Positions 13,001-25,594 are shown, counted from the first letter of the stretch. The stretch is 64,000 bases of DNA from Phaeosaccion multiseriatum (GCA_965112735.1 OZ218964.1:248001-312000), one strand, 5' to 3'. Translations and numbers: made by a program. Notes: generated from the sequence alone by a model not told the origin.

Positions 13001-14037
13001 ACTCGCCTGTGTTGCTCTCAAGAAGGGCATCCTTGTAGAGTCCTGCGTCGCGAAAGGCCTCGTACGCCACCTCCAGCATGACTGTGTGCATATGCAGAAC
13101 AGAGAAACAGGAGGTGCAAGCCACATTCTGTGAAGAACAGCAAACAATAATGGAGAAGGGGGCGCCCGGGGGCCATCTCCCGCGCCCTGAAGTGAAGGAC
13201 TGGCAGGAAGGGAGGGAGGGGGACAGTTTAGCGTTGACGCTACCTTTTGCTTACCTCGCTGCTGAGGGTCCATTGCTGATGCCTCTGGATCAGAGATATT
13301 GAAGAATGCATTGTCGAAAAGTTCTACGTCGGAGAGGAAGCCTCCACGCGTTGGGTGCCCAGCTCCGCTGTGCTTGAGCTTGTCCAAGGCCCCAGGCTCC
13401 CATCTGAGGGAGGCGGGAGGGAGGAGGTTTTGCGGGGCGGGGGTGTAGAGTGAGGGGGAGAAAGACAACAGGCTCTACTAGATGTGGCTGTAGTAGTAGT
13501 CCAGCGACCACTTCACCCCTCTCAGCCACCCCCCGCTCAGCCAGCCATCATCATCCCACTTGTCTACCGTCCCAACCGTTTCTGCCGCTCGAAGGCCAGC
13601 TACGAAGCGAAAGATGCTGCTGAGTGGTAGGGCAACTGTGGCCAAGTTATTGCTTGTTACCAGCCAGCCAAGCGCCGTCTGGCTCACTCGCTCCTGCCTG
13701 CCTGGACGGGCTGCTGCCTGCCCATTTCCAAGAAGAAGGTCCAGGCAGCTCAGTTCCCACTCCCTCACCTGTTGATGGGGATGTCTGTGATGCCGCTGCC
13801 CTCTCTGCAGAGCAGCTCCCACAGCTCAGGGGCGGAGTTCACATCCCCAGGAAGGCGGCAGGCCATTCCCACAATGGCAATGTCGCCACCATGACGCCCC
13901 CCCCCCTTTTCGCTGGGGAAGGAGACAGGCACTCTCTCCTCTTTGTTGCCTGCTGCACCCAAACCAGTCGCGGTGCTGCCATATCTAGTTTCCCGCTTGT
14001 TTCTCTGTTGTTGCGAAGAAGGAATCAGGCGCTCCAT
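1..14037 (-). CDS. Multimodular type I polyketide synthase (5' part; continues beyond position 1): KS(S)-ACP-KS-AT-DH-ER-KR-ACP-KS-DH-ER-KR...
   Basis: KS motifs IAIVGMACRLPG, DTLCSSSL, DTACSSSL, EAHGTGT, KxNxGH, SFGxGGxNAH. AT motifs GQGSQ, GHSLGE, HAFHS. DH motifs HAVGGVVLMP and HPAVLD. ER motif LIHAASGGVG. KR motifs GGLGALG, HAAGVLDD, YAAAN. ACP motifs GMDSL and GLDSM. Introns read by eye: 13768-13404, ~13254-13082, 13006-12772 (GC-AG), 12417-12106, ~11595-10879, 9764-9620, 8850-8699, 3436-3330. The 3329-1 exon appears open to the window edge, which explains its absence from the ORF track. In-frame TAG at 12473-12475 and a +1 frameshift at ~7125. Confidence 0.95.
5154..6222. repeat. Direct repeat copy 2 (ER + KR N-terminus of module 2)
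   Basis: Matches 1-1069. Identity stops abruptly after GAAGGAGAA at 1069/6222. Confidence 0.95.
11025..11522. repeat. Degenerate (TGAG)n tetranucleotide array inside a PKS intron
   Basis: About 500 bp of TGAG units seen directly. Confidence 0.95.
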
Positions 14038-14819
14038 CTCCCTCGTCTTGTTGCTTGGCTCCCCTACTCACAACCTGACCAAGAGACAGTAAGGCACACA
14101 GTCGGGCAGGCGTCGAAACAGCCCCAGCCGAAGCGCACGAAGCAAGGGGGGGACAAATTCCTCCCCTCTATTTCTTCCTGAATGATTTCCTCCCCTTTTC
14201 CCCAGCCAGGAAGCTCTCAGTCTGGAAGGCAGCACGTCGGTGGTGGAGCAGAAGCTCAGTCGTCTGCCCTCTGATATCCCCTCTTAAACTTGCAACATCT
14301 CGCTCTCGATCTAATAACTCCACTCTCTTCCGGAATCGTCTGCGAAATCCGGCCCGAAATCCTCCGCCAAGAAAGCCAAAAGGGTACTTGAAAGTAAAAA
14401 AAACCCGCCGGAGAGGCTCCGCCGAAGAGGCTTTTCACGAATAATTATATTATTATGGGGAGAGATGAAGAGCGACGCAACGCAGTTAGGGGGAAATAGG
14501 ACAGGTAGGCAAGCTGTGATGCGGTAGTAGTTCTTGTGGAGCGTATGTGTTAAGACAGCCACTGCAGGGCCAATAACGCGGCCTATATACACAGCCCGAA
14601 GCAGACGATAGGTACATATTTACGTAAGTTTAAATAAGGCTAACCAATGATCTGTAGCCGCTTGCTGCTGCTCGACCTGGAGAGGCATCATCCCGACGGT
14701 GCCGGCAATGCGTGCGGGCACTGGCACACCGCGCTCCTCCTCCGAAAGAACGACGTCGTTGGCGCCGCCCAGCCAGCCACACCATCGAGCCAGGCTCGCA
14801 GCTACTACCCTTTGCTCTG

Positions 14820-15090
14820 CTGCGCCACAGCACGTCTCGTCCTCCGTGCTCGAGCAGTACCAGGTGGGACTCAGGCAGGTTGCTCACTCGTGATGTCTGC
14901 CCTGCACCACGTGCCGTCCTCCGTGCTCGAGCTGTCGTGGTGGGACTGGGGCTGTTGGAGACTCGTGACCTCTGCCTGCGGCCGCTACAGCACGTTTCGT
15001 CCTCCGTAATACAGCTGTACCGGGACTGAGCCTGCTGACCCTTGCTCTCTCCACTGCAGCATGTGCGGCCCTCCGTTCTAGAATGCTGCC
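14820..15090. repeat. Four diverged copies of a ~40-bp motif (CAGCACGT..CGTCCTCCGTGCTCGAGCTGT) at 70-80 bp spacing
   Basis: Copies near 14822, 14901, 14981 and 15051. Minus strand reads LLEHGGRDVL / QLEHGGRHVV / LYYGGRNVL in different frames. Confidence 0.6.
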
Positions 15091-15462
15091 TCTGCCTCCT
15101 CTGCCGTGCCTCGCCCTCTGCTGGTGCATATCCCTCCTCCGGCGTCTACTGCCTCCGCCCCTCCCCCTCCGTCTTCCCTGGTTGCCACCCGCGTCTGCCG
15201 TCGTGGTGGAGGCAACGTAGTATTCCTGAGAAACCAGCTCGTGGTTGGATGGGCAACACTACCCACTATTCTTAGTGTTGCGCAATTCTGTTGCCCATCT
15301 ATACTCTGTGGCATCACCCCTCTCTCACCTCCTCGGGCTCTGGGCTCCATGGTGGTGGGGATTTTCTTTCCAGGCTGAGATAAGCTGGTTCTGGTCCCCA
15401 TTCTCGAACACAAGAGTCCCGCAGACCACTTGGGGTGAGGAGAGTCACCCATCACTCGCGGT

Positions 15463-16065
15463 TCATGCTGGCAGCTGGGGGGGTGCCACTCCCTCATCTC
15501 GCAGGAACTGCTCGAATCGCTGCGTGATTGAAGCTACCTGCACACCGTCCAAGCTTGGCTTTAGAAATATGTCCCCCGCTCTGAGTTTCTTCGTTTCCGT
15601 GTGGCGCCAGAAGCAGCTTTGGTGGAGCGTGCAAAGGTTCCGATAGCCCTTGTGGCACTCGAGGAGCAGCCCTAATCGGACTTGACCCTTGGGAATGGCC
15701 CTCCCGCAGAGCTTGCACTTTGATCTGCCAGAGGGGTCCACCTCTGCGCAAGCGACATACGGCCGCGCCGCGCGGTCTCGCTTTGCTCCTGGAGTGAGAG
15801 TGGGGTCATCGTCCTGGAAGCGCTTCACGGCCAAATGCGCCATGTCGTTGAAGGCTTTCTTGCCTTTGCCTGCTTTCGCAACGGTCATAGCGGCTTTCAG
15901 TGCCTTGTCCTGCCTCTTCCGTGCTTTTGTAGGCAACGGTGGAAGCGCCTTTCGATGTCTATTTTGCCCTTTCGTGCTCCTCCTTCGGTTTCCGTTGGCG
16001 CGGCACTGGGTCACAGATGGACATACAGTACGCGTTGTGGTGCTCCGGAGATTTCCCTTGGCCAC
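15463..16065 (-). CDS. Small stand-alone PARP-type zinc-finger protein (first in-frame ATG at 15888)
   Basis: AEVDPSGRSKCKLCGRAIPKGQVRLG...LHQSCF matches the zf-PARP CxxC...HxxC pattern. Confidence 0.7.
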   Translation of the reverse strand: MAKGNLRSTTTRTVCPSVTQCRANGNRRRSTKGQNRHRKALPPLPTKARKRQDKALKAAMTVAKAGKGKKAFNDMAHLAVKRFQDDDPTLTPGAKRDRAARPYVACAEVDPSGRSKCKLCGRAIPKGQVRLGLLLECHKGYRNLCTLHQSCFWRHTETKKLRAGDIFLKPSLDGVQVASITQRFEQFLRDEGVAPPQLPA

Positions 16066-16117
16066 AAAGATATTTCCATATTTCTTTTAGCCCCGAGGTG
16101 AAGTCAGTCTGCACCCG

Positions 16118-19100
16118 ATGGAGTCTTCAAAGGTGAGACAGGGAAGATACTTACGAAGGAACTCCCCCCTCTGCTGCTGTGGCTAGGCTAGAGGAAGAGC
16201 AACAACTTTACTCGCCTCCCTCCCTTCCCTTGCTCTCCTCATGTCATGTTTGCACACACCAGCCGCAGCGGGCCTTCGCGCTCGCAGCTCTTCTCAGCAT
16301 CACTGCAAATGTGTGCACTGTCGAGGCTTTCATAAATGCCTTCCTCAGCAAGCCTGCAGCTTTGTCCGCCTCTTCACTTCAAACAAATTCGCGGTCGTCT
16401 CGGCGGATGGTGAGCTCGGGGGGAGAAGGACGCGACAGCTTGGTGTTGATTGAGGGGGCGGGAGAAACAAGAAAGGAGATACAGCGTCTGCAACTGACGT
16501 CAGTCTCTTCCGTCAGTCAGTCAGTCAAATCTCTGCTGACCACACACAGTGGAACGTCGCGGTGGGGGGCTGCCTGTCACTTCAAACGCATCGAGACTGT
16601 CTCTCACTGGTTGCTGCGCTGCCCCCGCCCCCCCTTCCTCTCCTCAGATGAGCATGTCTGATATCGCTTCCCCCTCAGCAGAGGCAGGCAAGCTCAACAA
16701 ATACTCCAGCAAGCTCACGCAGAACAAGAGCCAGGGTGCCAGCCAGGCCATGCTCTACGCCACTGGCCTCAGTAAGGCCGACATGGACAAGCCGCAGGTG
16801 GGTGCGTGCGTGCGGGAAGAGTGGAGCACGCGGCAAGGTTTTGCGGTGGGGCAGACCACAGAGAGGGAGGGAGAGAGAAGAGAGGACTGTGCAGCTTCAT
16901 TCCTCCGCCGTAAGCTAAGACGGCAGCAGCAGACAGAGGGAAGTACCTCTCACTCAGCTCGGCCTCAGCCTAAGGTCCTCCCCCCATCGCCCCTCCCCTT
17001 CACCGCATGCATCACGCACACACACACGCATCACCATCACCATGATGTGTCGCGTGCCGCCTAGGTGGGCATCAGCAGCGTGTGGTTCGAGGGCAACCCC
17101 TGCAATATGCACCTCATGGACCTCGGGCTCGAGGTCAAGAAGGGCGTACAGGACGCGGAGATGGTGGGCTTCAGGTTCAACACCATCGGAGTCAGCGACG
17201 GAATTAGGTGTGTGTGTGTGAGAGAGAGAGAGAGCGTGTGTGCGTGTGTGCGTGCGGGTGGCGGGCCTTCGCATGCTTTCGACTCACTACCTGCCTTGTT
17301 TTGCTGATCTTGGGTGCCCCGTGGTGGATGGCACCCTACGCTAGAGGGCCGTCCCCCTGGAGGCCTGCTGCGTCCTTCCGATGGCCTCCACATGGCTGTG
17401 GCAGGTTCTGAAGGTCCACCATACATGCCGTAACTCACCGCCGTGTCCCTTCCTCCCCTCGTCCGTCCGCCCCTGCACTACACTATGCTCTCCTTCCCAC
17501 TCCTTCGCCTTTGTCGGTCTGGCTGTGTCTGTTCGTCTATCTGTCTATCTGTCTGTCTATCTGTCTTTTTGTCTTTCTATCTGTCTGTCTGTCTATCTGT
17601 CTGGCACATTCGCACTATCAAGTATGGGCACAAGCGGTATGGGCTTCTCGCTGCAGTCCCGCGACCTCATCGCAGACTCCATCGAGACTGTCATGGGAGG
17701 GCAATGGTACGACGCCAATGTCTCCATTCCGGGGTGCGACAAGGTGCGAGAGAGAGGATCGAACGAGGCTTATCGTCTGTCGCCTTGTATGAACAAGTAG
17801 ATGGAACACATGTAGTCGAGGTCTGGATCTCTTGCTCCCCCTCACTCACACCCTCCCTCCCTGCCTGTCTTGTCGAGCCGCATGCGTAGTTCGCAAGGGC
17901 AGGAAGGAGTAGAGAAGTACCCACCGTCCGATCGATCCGCCTCTCTCAAGCTGACATGGCCTGCCTCTCGCCCCTCGCCTCTCCTTAGAACATGCCCGGC
18001 ACCGTGATTGCCATGGGCCGACTCAACCGCCCCTCCATCATGGTGTACGGAGGCACCATCCGAGCGGGGAGCGACAAGGCCAACGAGCAGCTCGACATCG
18101 TCAGCGCGTTCCAGAGGTGCGGCAGTCATTCACGGGGTCACATTGGGTCCCACCCCTTGGACCAATGATTGAGCTCATTCGTTCTCTTGAAGGGCGAAGA
18201 GGGCATGTACACGCAAACGTACATTCAATTTGTAGAGCTGGGGGGGGGGGGACAGAGATAAGAGACGAAGGCAGAGCTAAGCCAACAGCACCGCACACCT
18301 CACGCACGCGCGACTTCGATTCACCCTTTGACAAATGGCCTCCTCACGTACATTCATTTGCGTTCTGTATCACCGACGGCTGTTGTTCTTGTTGTTGATG
18401 CTGCTGCTGTCCCTCTCTTGCGCTCCCCAGCTACGGCGAGTACACGTACGACCGCATCACGGAGGAGGAAAGGCAGAGCGTCGTTGAGAACTCGTGCCCA
18501 GGCCCGGGGGCGTGCGGTGGAATGTACACGGTGAGAGGGGGAGACGGGGAGAGGCGGACGGGTCGACGGCGTGCAGAGCCTTTGCCTACCAGAGACGCAG
18601 AGAGAGATGGAGAGAGATGGAGGGGTAGTGGTGGACCGAATGATATAATTGTGCTGTGGTGATTGATATGACGGTGTGTGGTGCTGGAGGCTGATCAAGA
18701 GGAGGAGGAGCGGTGAGGAAGAGGAGCGGTGTTCATTCACGCCCGCCACGGGAGAGGGGCTCTGTCTCTCTACAGGGTGGGGAAAGAATTGTGTGGTGTG
18801 TTGAAAGGGAAGCAAGTGCACGGGACTTGTGCTGGGCGTGCTTGACGCGGTTGAAACGGCTTTGGGGTTGTACATGACATTCACGGAGACGGCGATACCG
18901 AGCAACGCCCCACCAAGGCGACGACTGAGCGTGTGTCTGTCACATATATACATTCATCCGTTCGTTGTTGTATCGCTACCGCGTCTCCTCCTGTGTCTCC
19001 TTCTGTGCCTGCACAGGCTAACACTATGGCGACCGCCATCGAGGCCCTTGGGCTCTCTCTGCCCTACTCGTCCTCCACGCCCGCAGACGACCCCATGAAG

Positions 19101-19907
19101 AAGGAGGTAAGGAAGGGGGGGTTTAGACGAGGGGGGAGAGGGGCGATGGGTTAGGGGTGGATAGGCGAGGAGGAAGAGGGGTGGGGGGTGGAGAGAAGAG
19201 GGGGGAGAGGAAGGAGTAGATAATTGTCGCACAGGCAGGCCAAATTGGCCGGCTTTGCCGGCGTGGCCCCTCCCTTGGCAGTGGGGATACGACAGACTCG
19301 CTCACGGGGACAGCAACCCAAACACCCTAGTTTTGAAGGCTGCTGCTTTGTTGTAACTGTGTTGGTGCGTATCTTGTGTCGCTCTTGCAGGAGTGTATTA
19401 AGGCCGGGGCTGCCATCAGGAACTTGCTTGAGCTCGACCTCAAGCCCAGGGACATTGTCACTCGGGCGAGGTGAGTGAGGAAGGAGGAGGGCAGAGTGCG
19501 CCAAATATGACGGCAACGTGGCCGACTGACTGACCACATGGCATGGTTTTCTGTATTGTTTGAAGGTTGTGGTTAGGTGGCGGGGAGGGGGCAAGTCTTC
19601 CCTCTCACGTCGCCCCACTCACTACCACCGGACTCCTGACCACCGCTGCTGTGCGATTCCACTCCACACACACTAACTGTTGCTGTGCATGCCATACTCC
19701 AACTGCTGATGTATCACCAACTGCCCAGCTTCGAGAACGCCATGGTGACGCTGATGGTGCTCGGAGGGAGCACCAACGCCGTTCTGCACCTCATCGCCAT
19801 GGCCAAGGCCTTCGACATTGACCTCAACATCGACGACTTCCAGACCACCTCCAGCAAGACGCCTTTCCTTGCTGACCTCAAGCCCTCTGGAAAGGTGCGC
19901 GCGCGCG

Positions 19908-19949
<42 letters not shown>

Positions 19950-22110
19950 TGTTATGGGGGAGGAGGCAGCCGGGTGGGCGAGAGCGAGACAGAGAGTTCC
20001 AACTCATACATTAGACCTTCTGTACTGGGCTGTCTGCTTGCGCCGTCCTCGGAACGTTCACCATCGGCAAGGCGGCAACGGAGTTGACCTTCTACTTCTT
20101 CTTATTGGTTATGGCCCTTCGTACGCTCCCCCCCACTCTCCTCGGTGCCTCCTCATGCTCTTCTCTCCTCTCTTTTCTCTTCTTTCTTCTCTCTCTCTCA
20201 TGTGCACACATCTTGGTTTGGCTTCTTCCCCTGGCTGCTCCTCCTCCTCCGCTGGTACACATCCAATGCTTCCAGTACGTCATGGAAGACGTGCAGAAGA
20301 TCGGGGGGACCCCCGCTGTCATGAAGTTCCTCATGGATAACGGCATGATTGACGGCAGGTGTGTGTGTGTGTTGGTACTCCACTTTGAGGGGATCACAGA
20401 TCCGTTGCTGCCTTATTGTCTGGGCTCGCCTCTCTCTCGCGCGTGTTGTCCAATCGCTCATGCGCCGGAGAGGGAGGGACTTCTGACCTTGACACCTTCG
20501 CTCACTCCCTCCCTCCCTCCCTCGCGCTTTTCATCTCCTGATTGATTGATTGATTGATTGGCGGTTTCCCTCTCTCCTCAGCTGCATGACGGTTACAGGA
20601 AAGACCATTGCCGAGAACCTCAAGGACTTACCCGGCCTCACAGAGGGACAGGAAATCATCAAGCCTCTCGACGACCCCATTAAGGAGACCGGACACATTC
20701 AGGTGAGCTTGAGAGGTGGATGCATGCGGGGGGGTACACGCGGAAACAAATGCCCATTCATTCGTCGGGGCTGTTGGGTGTATGCTTTGCCATTTGGGTG
20801 TAGGCTTTTCCTCTTTCTTTTTTCGTGCCCTGCGAAGCAGCAAGCACCCACCGACCCACGAACGTTTTGTGCTGTCGCTGTGCCTGCCTGTGTTGCCCTC
20901 CCTCCGCGCAGATTATGTACGGCAACATCGCCCCGGAAGGCTCTGTGGCGAAGATCACGGGCAAGGAGGGTCTGACCTTCAGCGGAGTGGCCAAGTGCTA
21001 CGACTCGGAGGAGGAGATGCTCGCCTCGCTCGACAGGAAGGAGATCAAGCCGGGGACGGTCGTGGTCATTCGGTATGAAGGGCCCAAGGTGAGTTAGTGA
21101 GAGAGCGAAAGAGGCACCCTCCCTACCTGCCCACCGCCACACGCTCAATCGCACGCGCCCCCACTCCCCCTTCCTTCCTTTCCGTCTTTCCCGGACATAG
21201 GGCGGCCCCGGTATGCCTGAAATGCTCACACCTACCTCGGCCATCATGGGTGCGGGTCTTGGAGACACCGTGGCCCTCATTACGGACGGGAGGTTCTCAG
21301 GAGGCTCGCACGGCTTCATTCTTGGGCACGTAACGCCAGAGGCGCAGGTGAGTGAGGGAGGGAGAGAATGAGTGAGGGAGGGACGGAGGGCGTGAGTAAG
21401 GTCAAGGCCGTAGTAGTAGCAGTAGTAGCAAGCAAGCAGCGCCAGCTGGTGATGCAGAAGCAGCGAATCCTCCTCCTAAGACTCAACGCTCTTGTGTGTC
21501 TGTCTCCCCCCCTCGTTCTATCGGTGTCTCTACCCACGGAAGGCGGGAGGGCCCATTGCGCTACTGAAGGACGGAGACGGCATCGTCATCGACGCAGACA
21601 AGAGGCAGATCAACGCCCTCATCAAGCAGGACGAGTTCGCGCGCCGCAAGGCAAACTGGCAAGCGCCCCCTCTCAAGGTCCGTTCCTCCGTCTGTCTTTC
21701 CTCCCTTCCGTCCCATCCAGTCCAGTCGAGGAGGTGCCCTCTGTCCTCTGATGCCGCACTCGGTGTCCAGATGCCCCCCGGGACATGCCCCCTTGGGATG
21801 CCTCATTTGGTGTCGATTCGATGGGCCAGAGATGCAGAAGATGGCAGCAGATGGCAGCACTTTCAACGATAGAGTTGGCGATGGCTGTCTTTATGAGTCC
21901 TTTCGCTGTCCTCAGTCCCTCTGTTTGCCGCTGCTGCCACTGCTGCCCTCCTGTCCCTTCGTCCCTATCCCTCTCTCTGTCTCTGTGTCTGCCTTTGTCT
22001 CCTCTTGTCCCCCACACCTCATCGCCTTCTCTCAGGCCACGCGAGGCACTCTGTATAAGTACATCAAGAATGTAGGGTCTGCCTCAGAGGGCTGCGTCAC
22101 GGACGAATGA
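16118..22110 (+). CDS. ilvD: Dihydroxy-acid dehydratase, plastid-targeted, multi-exon
   Basis: [87 protein letters not shown]-terminal [10 protein letters not shown]. Leader MESSK|[22 protein letters not shown]^F is a signal peptide plus Phe-initial transit peptide. Confidence 0.97.
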
Positions 22111-23018
22111 GGGGAGCTGCACACGCGCGCACACACGCACACACACACCCCCGAAACTGCTTAGATGGCCGTCCGCCCGCTCCGCGCCTTTTGAGGGGTG
22201 TAGAGACAAAAATAGACGAAAGTAACAGGAGAGAGAAAAGACTGAAACTGCATTTGCTTGCTTTGAGAAGTGCTGGCCGGGCGTGTGTATGTATGTCCAT
22301 AAGCAAGGTGTAAGCAAACCCTCGCACTGGGGTCGGTCCTCTCGGGTAGTGTTTCAGGCTGCTTCCCTCCCCTTCCCTCAATTCACAGAGGCCGAACGTA
22401 GACACAGCTTGCCTACATCGTGGAAGAGAGTGAGAACAACAAAGAGGGAGAGAGACAGAGAGAGAGCGAAGATATCTTCCCTCCCCAAGCCCCTTGTTTC
22501 TCCACACTTCGACCTCTCTCGCCCCGTCCTGCATTCAGACTTGTGATTGCCACAACAGGGACGGATGTATGTCCCCTCCTAATGCACGAGATTGGCGGCG
22601 GCGCAACCCCCCATCCCCCACCAAATCTCCCCAATCGTTGCCCATCTCCTCTGACCATCTACTGCGCGCTCGCCGCTGCCTGTCTCGCCTTGTCGGGTCT
22701 CCTGTTCTGTCCATCTCCGGGCAGAGAGCCGGCCATCCCTTCCGCCGCCCCTTCCCCCACTCTTGAGAATGGACGATCGACTGAACGAGCAGCGAGCGAG
22801 CGAACAACACGCTCGCTTCCTTCCCCCCCCCCCCCCCTTGTACCACACAAAACGACGAGGCACCCCACATACATCCCATCCCAGACAAGACAAGACAAGA
22901 CAAGACAAGCCGTTCAGTGAGCCATAGTCATCCTGGACTCGCGTGGGGTGCAGGTGTATACCAAACAAACACACAAACAAGGAGGCCCAGCGTCGTGCCA
23001 CCAAGACTCAAACTCAAA

Positions 23019-23726
23019 CTAAGTGCGTGGCGGGTTCTTCTTGGCTTCCAGCTTGACCCTCCTCGCGTACTCAGGCTTGTCTTGCACGAACAGCTCGTAC
23101 GCAAGGCTCTGGGCCGGGGAGTCCGGGTTGGGGTTGTCCAGCAGGTCTTGGAAGCCGATGAGCATCTGCTTGATGGTGATGGCCGGCCGCCAGCCCTGGT
23201 CCTCGTTGATGATGGACAGGCAGATGGTACCGGACGGGTACACATTGGGATGGAAGAGGGGCGGCACGAACTTGCACTTGGGAGGCTTGGAAGGGTACTC
23301 CTCGGAGAACTCGAGCGTGACGATGTACACGCCTCCCTCCCAGTTGGTGTCCTTGGAGCCGGGGATTCCTGCCTCCCACTTCATGAGGTTGGTGCTCTTG
23401 TCTGGGTTTTGCGAGGGGCGGGCGTAGAAGCCCTGCGACATGACGCACCATAGGCATGGTTCGAGAGGATGCGGGTTAAGTGGAGAAGGAAGCCACCACG
23501 TTAGATGGGGTGGGCGCGCAAAGGCGATGAGTGTCCAGTACAGCGACACTACAAAACCAGCTCGTGCATCTGGATCAATTTGGGGGTCAGATTCACAGCC
23601 CTCCTCGACGGGAGCCGGGCGCGAAATCGAGGGTCACGTAAGGTTTCGACCACTTACAATAGGGTGGTCTTTCCTCCACGCTCTTCGCTCCTCCGCCAGC
23701 CTCGCTCGTGCGATGCCCCCGCTCAT
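23019..23726 (-). CDS. UBC9: SUMO-conjugating enzyme E2
   Basis: Exon 1 (23726-23658) [23 protein letters not shown]. Exon 2 (23432-23019) GFYARP...[15 protein letters not shown]...WRPAITIKQ. Confidence 0.96.
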
Positions 23727-23737
23727 CCTAACACCCC

Positions 23738-23769
<32 letters not shown>

Positions 23770-24524
23770 ACTGCTGCCGCTGGACGGAGCACCAAACTGC
23801 AAGGTAGGTCTTCTCCCCCTTTCCTCTCTCCCCCCTGTCTCCCTCCTCTTTCCCTCTCTCTCCCCTGTCTCCCTCCTCTTCAATATGGAAGGTTCGTTGC
23901 AGTCTTTTTTTTTAGCAAGGAGGTGCCTGTAAACACGGAAGGAAGGAGAGACGGAGAGGGGAGCAGCTTTAGACACACGAAGGGAGGGGGGGGAGGAGAA
24001 GAGGAGAAGTGCCTACGCACTCCCCTCCGTCCCATGTTTCTTTTGAACGCTGTGGAAGCCTCGTGTAGCGGGCTTTGCATCAACTTCTCGGCCTCCTGAC
24101 GCCTCCCGCCGCACCGCCCTCTTCATTCCCGTGGCATGTTCGTACCTTCAAGGTGATCTCTTGTTCACTTTCAACGCAGAGGAGGGGCGGGAGGTGTAAT
24201 CGAAAGGAAGGGATCGCGACAGGCTCTCGTGTCCCGCTATTGCATGTGCTTGGGCCGATGGCAGCAGATGCACTTGCCGAGGAGGAGATCGATCTTTTCC
24301 CCCCCACTCCTTGTGCAAGGTCTCTTACGAGAAGTGCTGGACGATTAAGAGAAGAAGTATGCAAGAATGGAAGATAAGAAGGAAAAGAAAATGATGAGAG
24401 CGGGGGAGACTTGATACAACAACGGAGTCACAAAGAAAAGGGAGGAGGAAAATGGAGAGATACCTAGGCGGGAATACAAGCCTTTGAAGGACATGGGGGA
24501 GAAGTTGCTCCTTTCAATCGAACG

Positions 24525-25541
24525 ATGTCGTCTGACCTCTCTCACCGGAGGTACATCCGCCTGTTTAACGATCAAGTGGTCTTCAGCGCTGCTTCCGTAG
24601 ATTCAGATGGAGGCCGTGATGATGATATCCGAAGTCTCGTCATCAACCGAGATCACGTCGACGGGAGCTGCGAGATGCAGTTGCTGGAGCGCGGAGAGGA
24701 GGTGAACATCGGAGGAGGGGGCGCGGGAGACATCGACAAGGGCCAGGTCCTTTTAATCGACGGTATCTACGGGATGTACGAGCTGTTGAGCGGACCCTAC
24801 ATCGCCGTGATTCTTGAGTCAAAGAGCGTTTTCCGAGACGAGTAAGTCGAGCTTGCAGGCTGGCGCAAGAGTGCTTCTCTTCGTTGCGCCGTATCTGTGT
24901 TGCCTTGTGGGATTCCAATCACGAATCACCTCTCCCAAGAATGCCAAGCTGCCTCCCCCCTCCTCCCCCCCCGTGGTGCTTGCTCATCACCCGAACGCCT
25001 CGTCCGTGCCTTGTCCTTCCGCAAACAACAAACAAACAAAGCTCCAAGCGGCTAGAGTTTCGCCAGGTGTCCCGCATCGCCATTATCCCTCTCTTCTCGG
25101 AGGGTAAACCCCTCTCGGAGGAGCGTCGCCGGGATGAAGACCGCTACCTAGAGCTGCTCAACGCCGCCCTCTCCAGTCACACCTTCTACTTCAGCCACCG
25201 CAGCGACGTTACGCACACCCTGCAGAGGGGAGCCACTCTCTCCTCTGACGCCAAGGTAACACCTCTCAGCGTAACTCTGCGCGCTCACTTTGTGAATAAT
25301 TCTTTCCTTTTTTTTGGCGAGTCTAATAGGCGTTTCATTGTTTGCGCTCTTCCGCTGTCTCTTTTTCCCTCTCTATCTTCCACGGTTTCTGTCTCTCTCA
25401 AAAGAGATTACCGCTGCACGCCAGGGCAGATGACCGGTACGTGCGTGCTTGCACTCTCTCTCTCTCTCTCTCTCCTCTTGGTTGGGTTAACCCGGCGGAA
25501 GCGGGTCGAGCATGTCTGACCCAGGTTGGGTGCCATCCCCG

Positions 25542-25594
<53 letters not shown>

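Noticed and set aside
14820-15090. CRISPR-like or intact ankyrin array
   Set aside because: The repeats are too diverged, the context is eukaryotic with no cas genes, the spacing is shorter than the 99-nt ankyrin unit, and the frames are broken.
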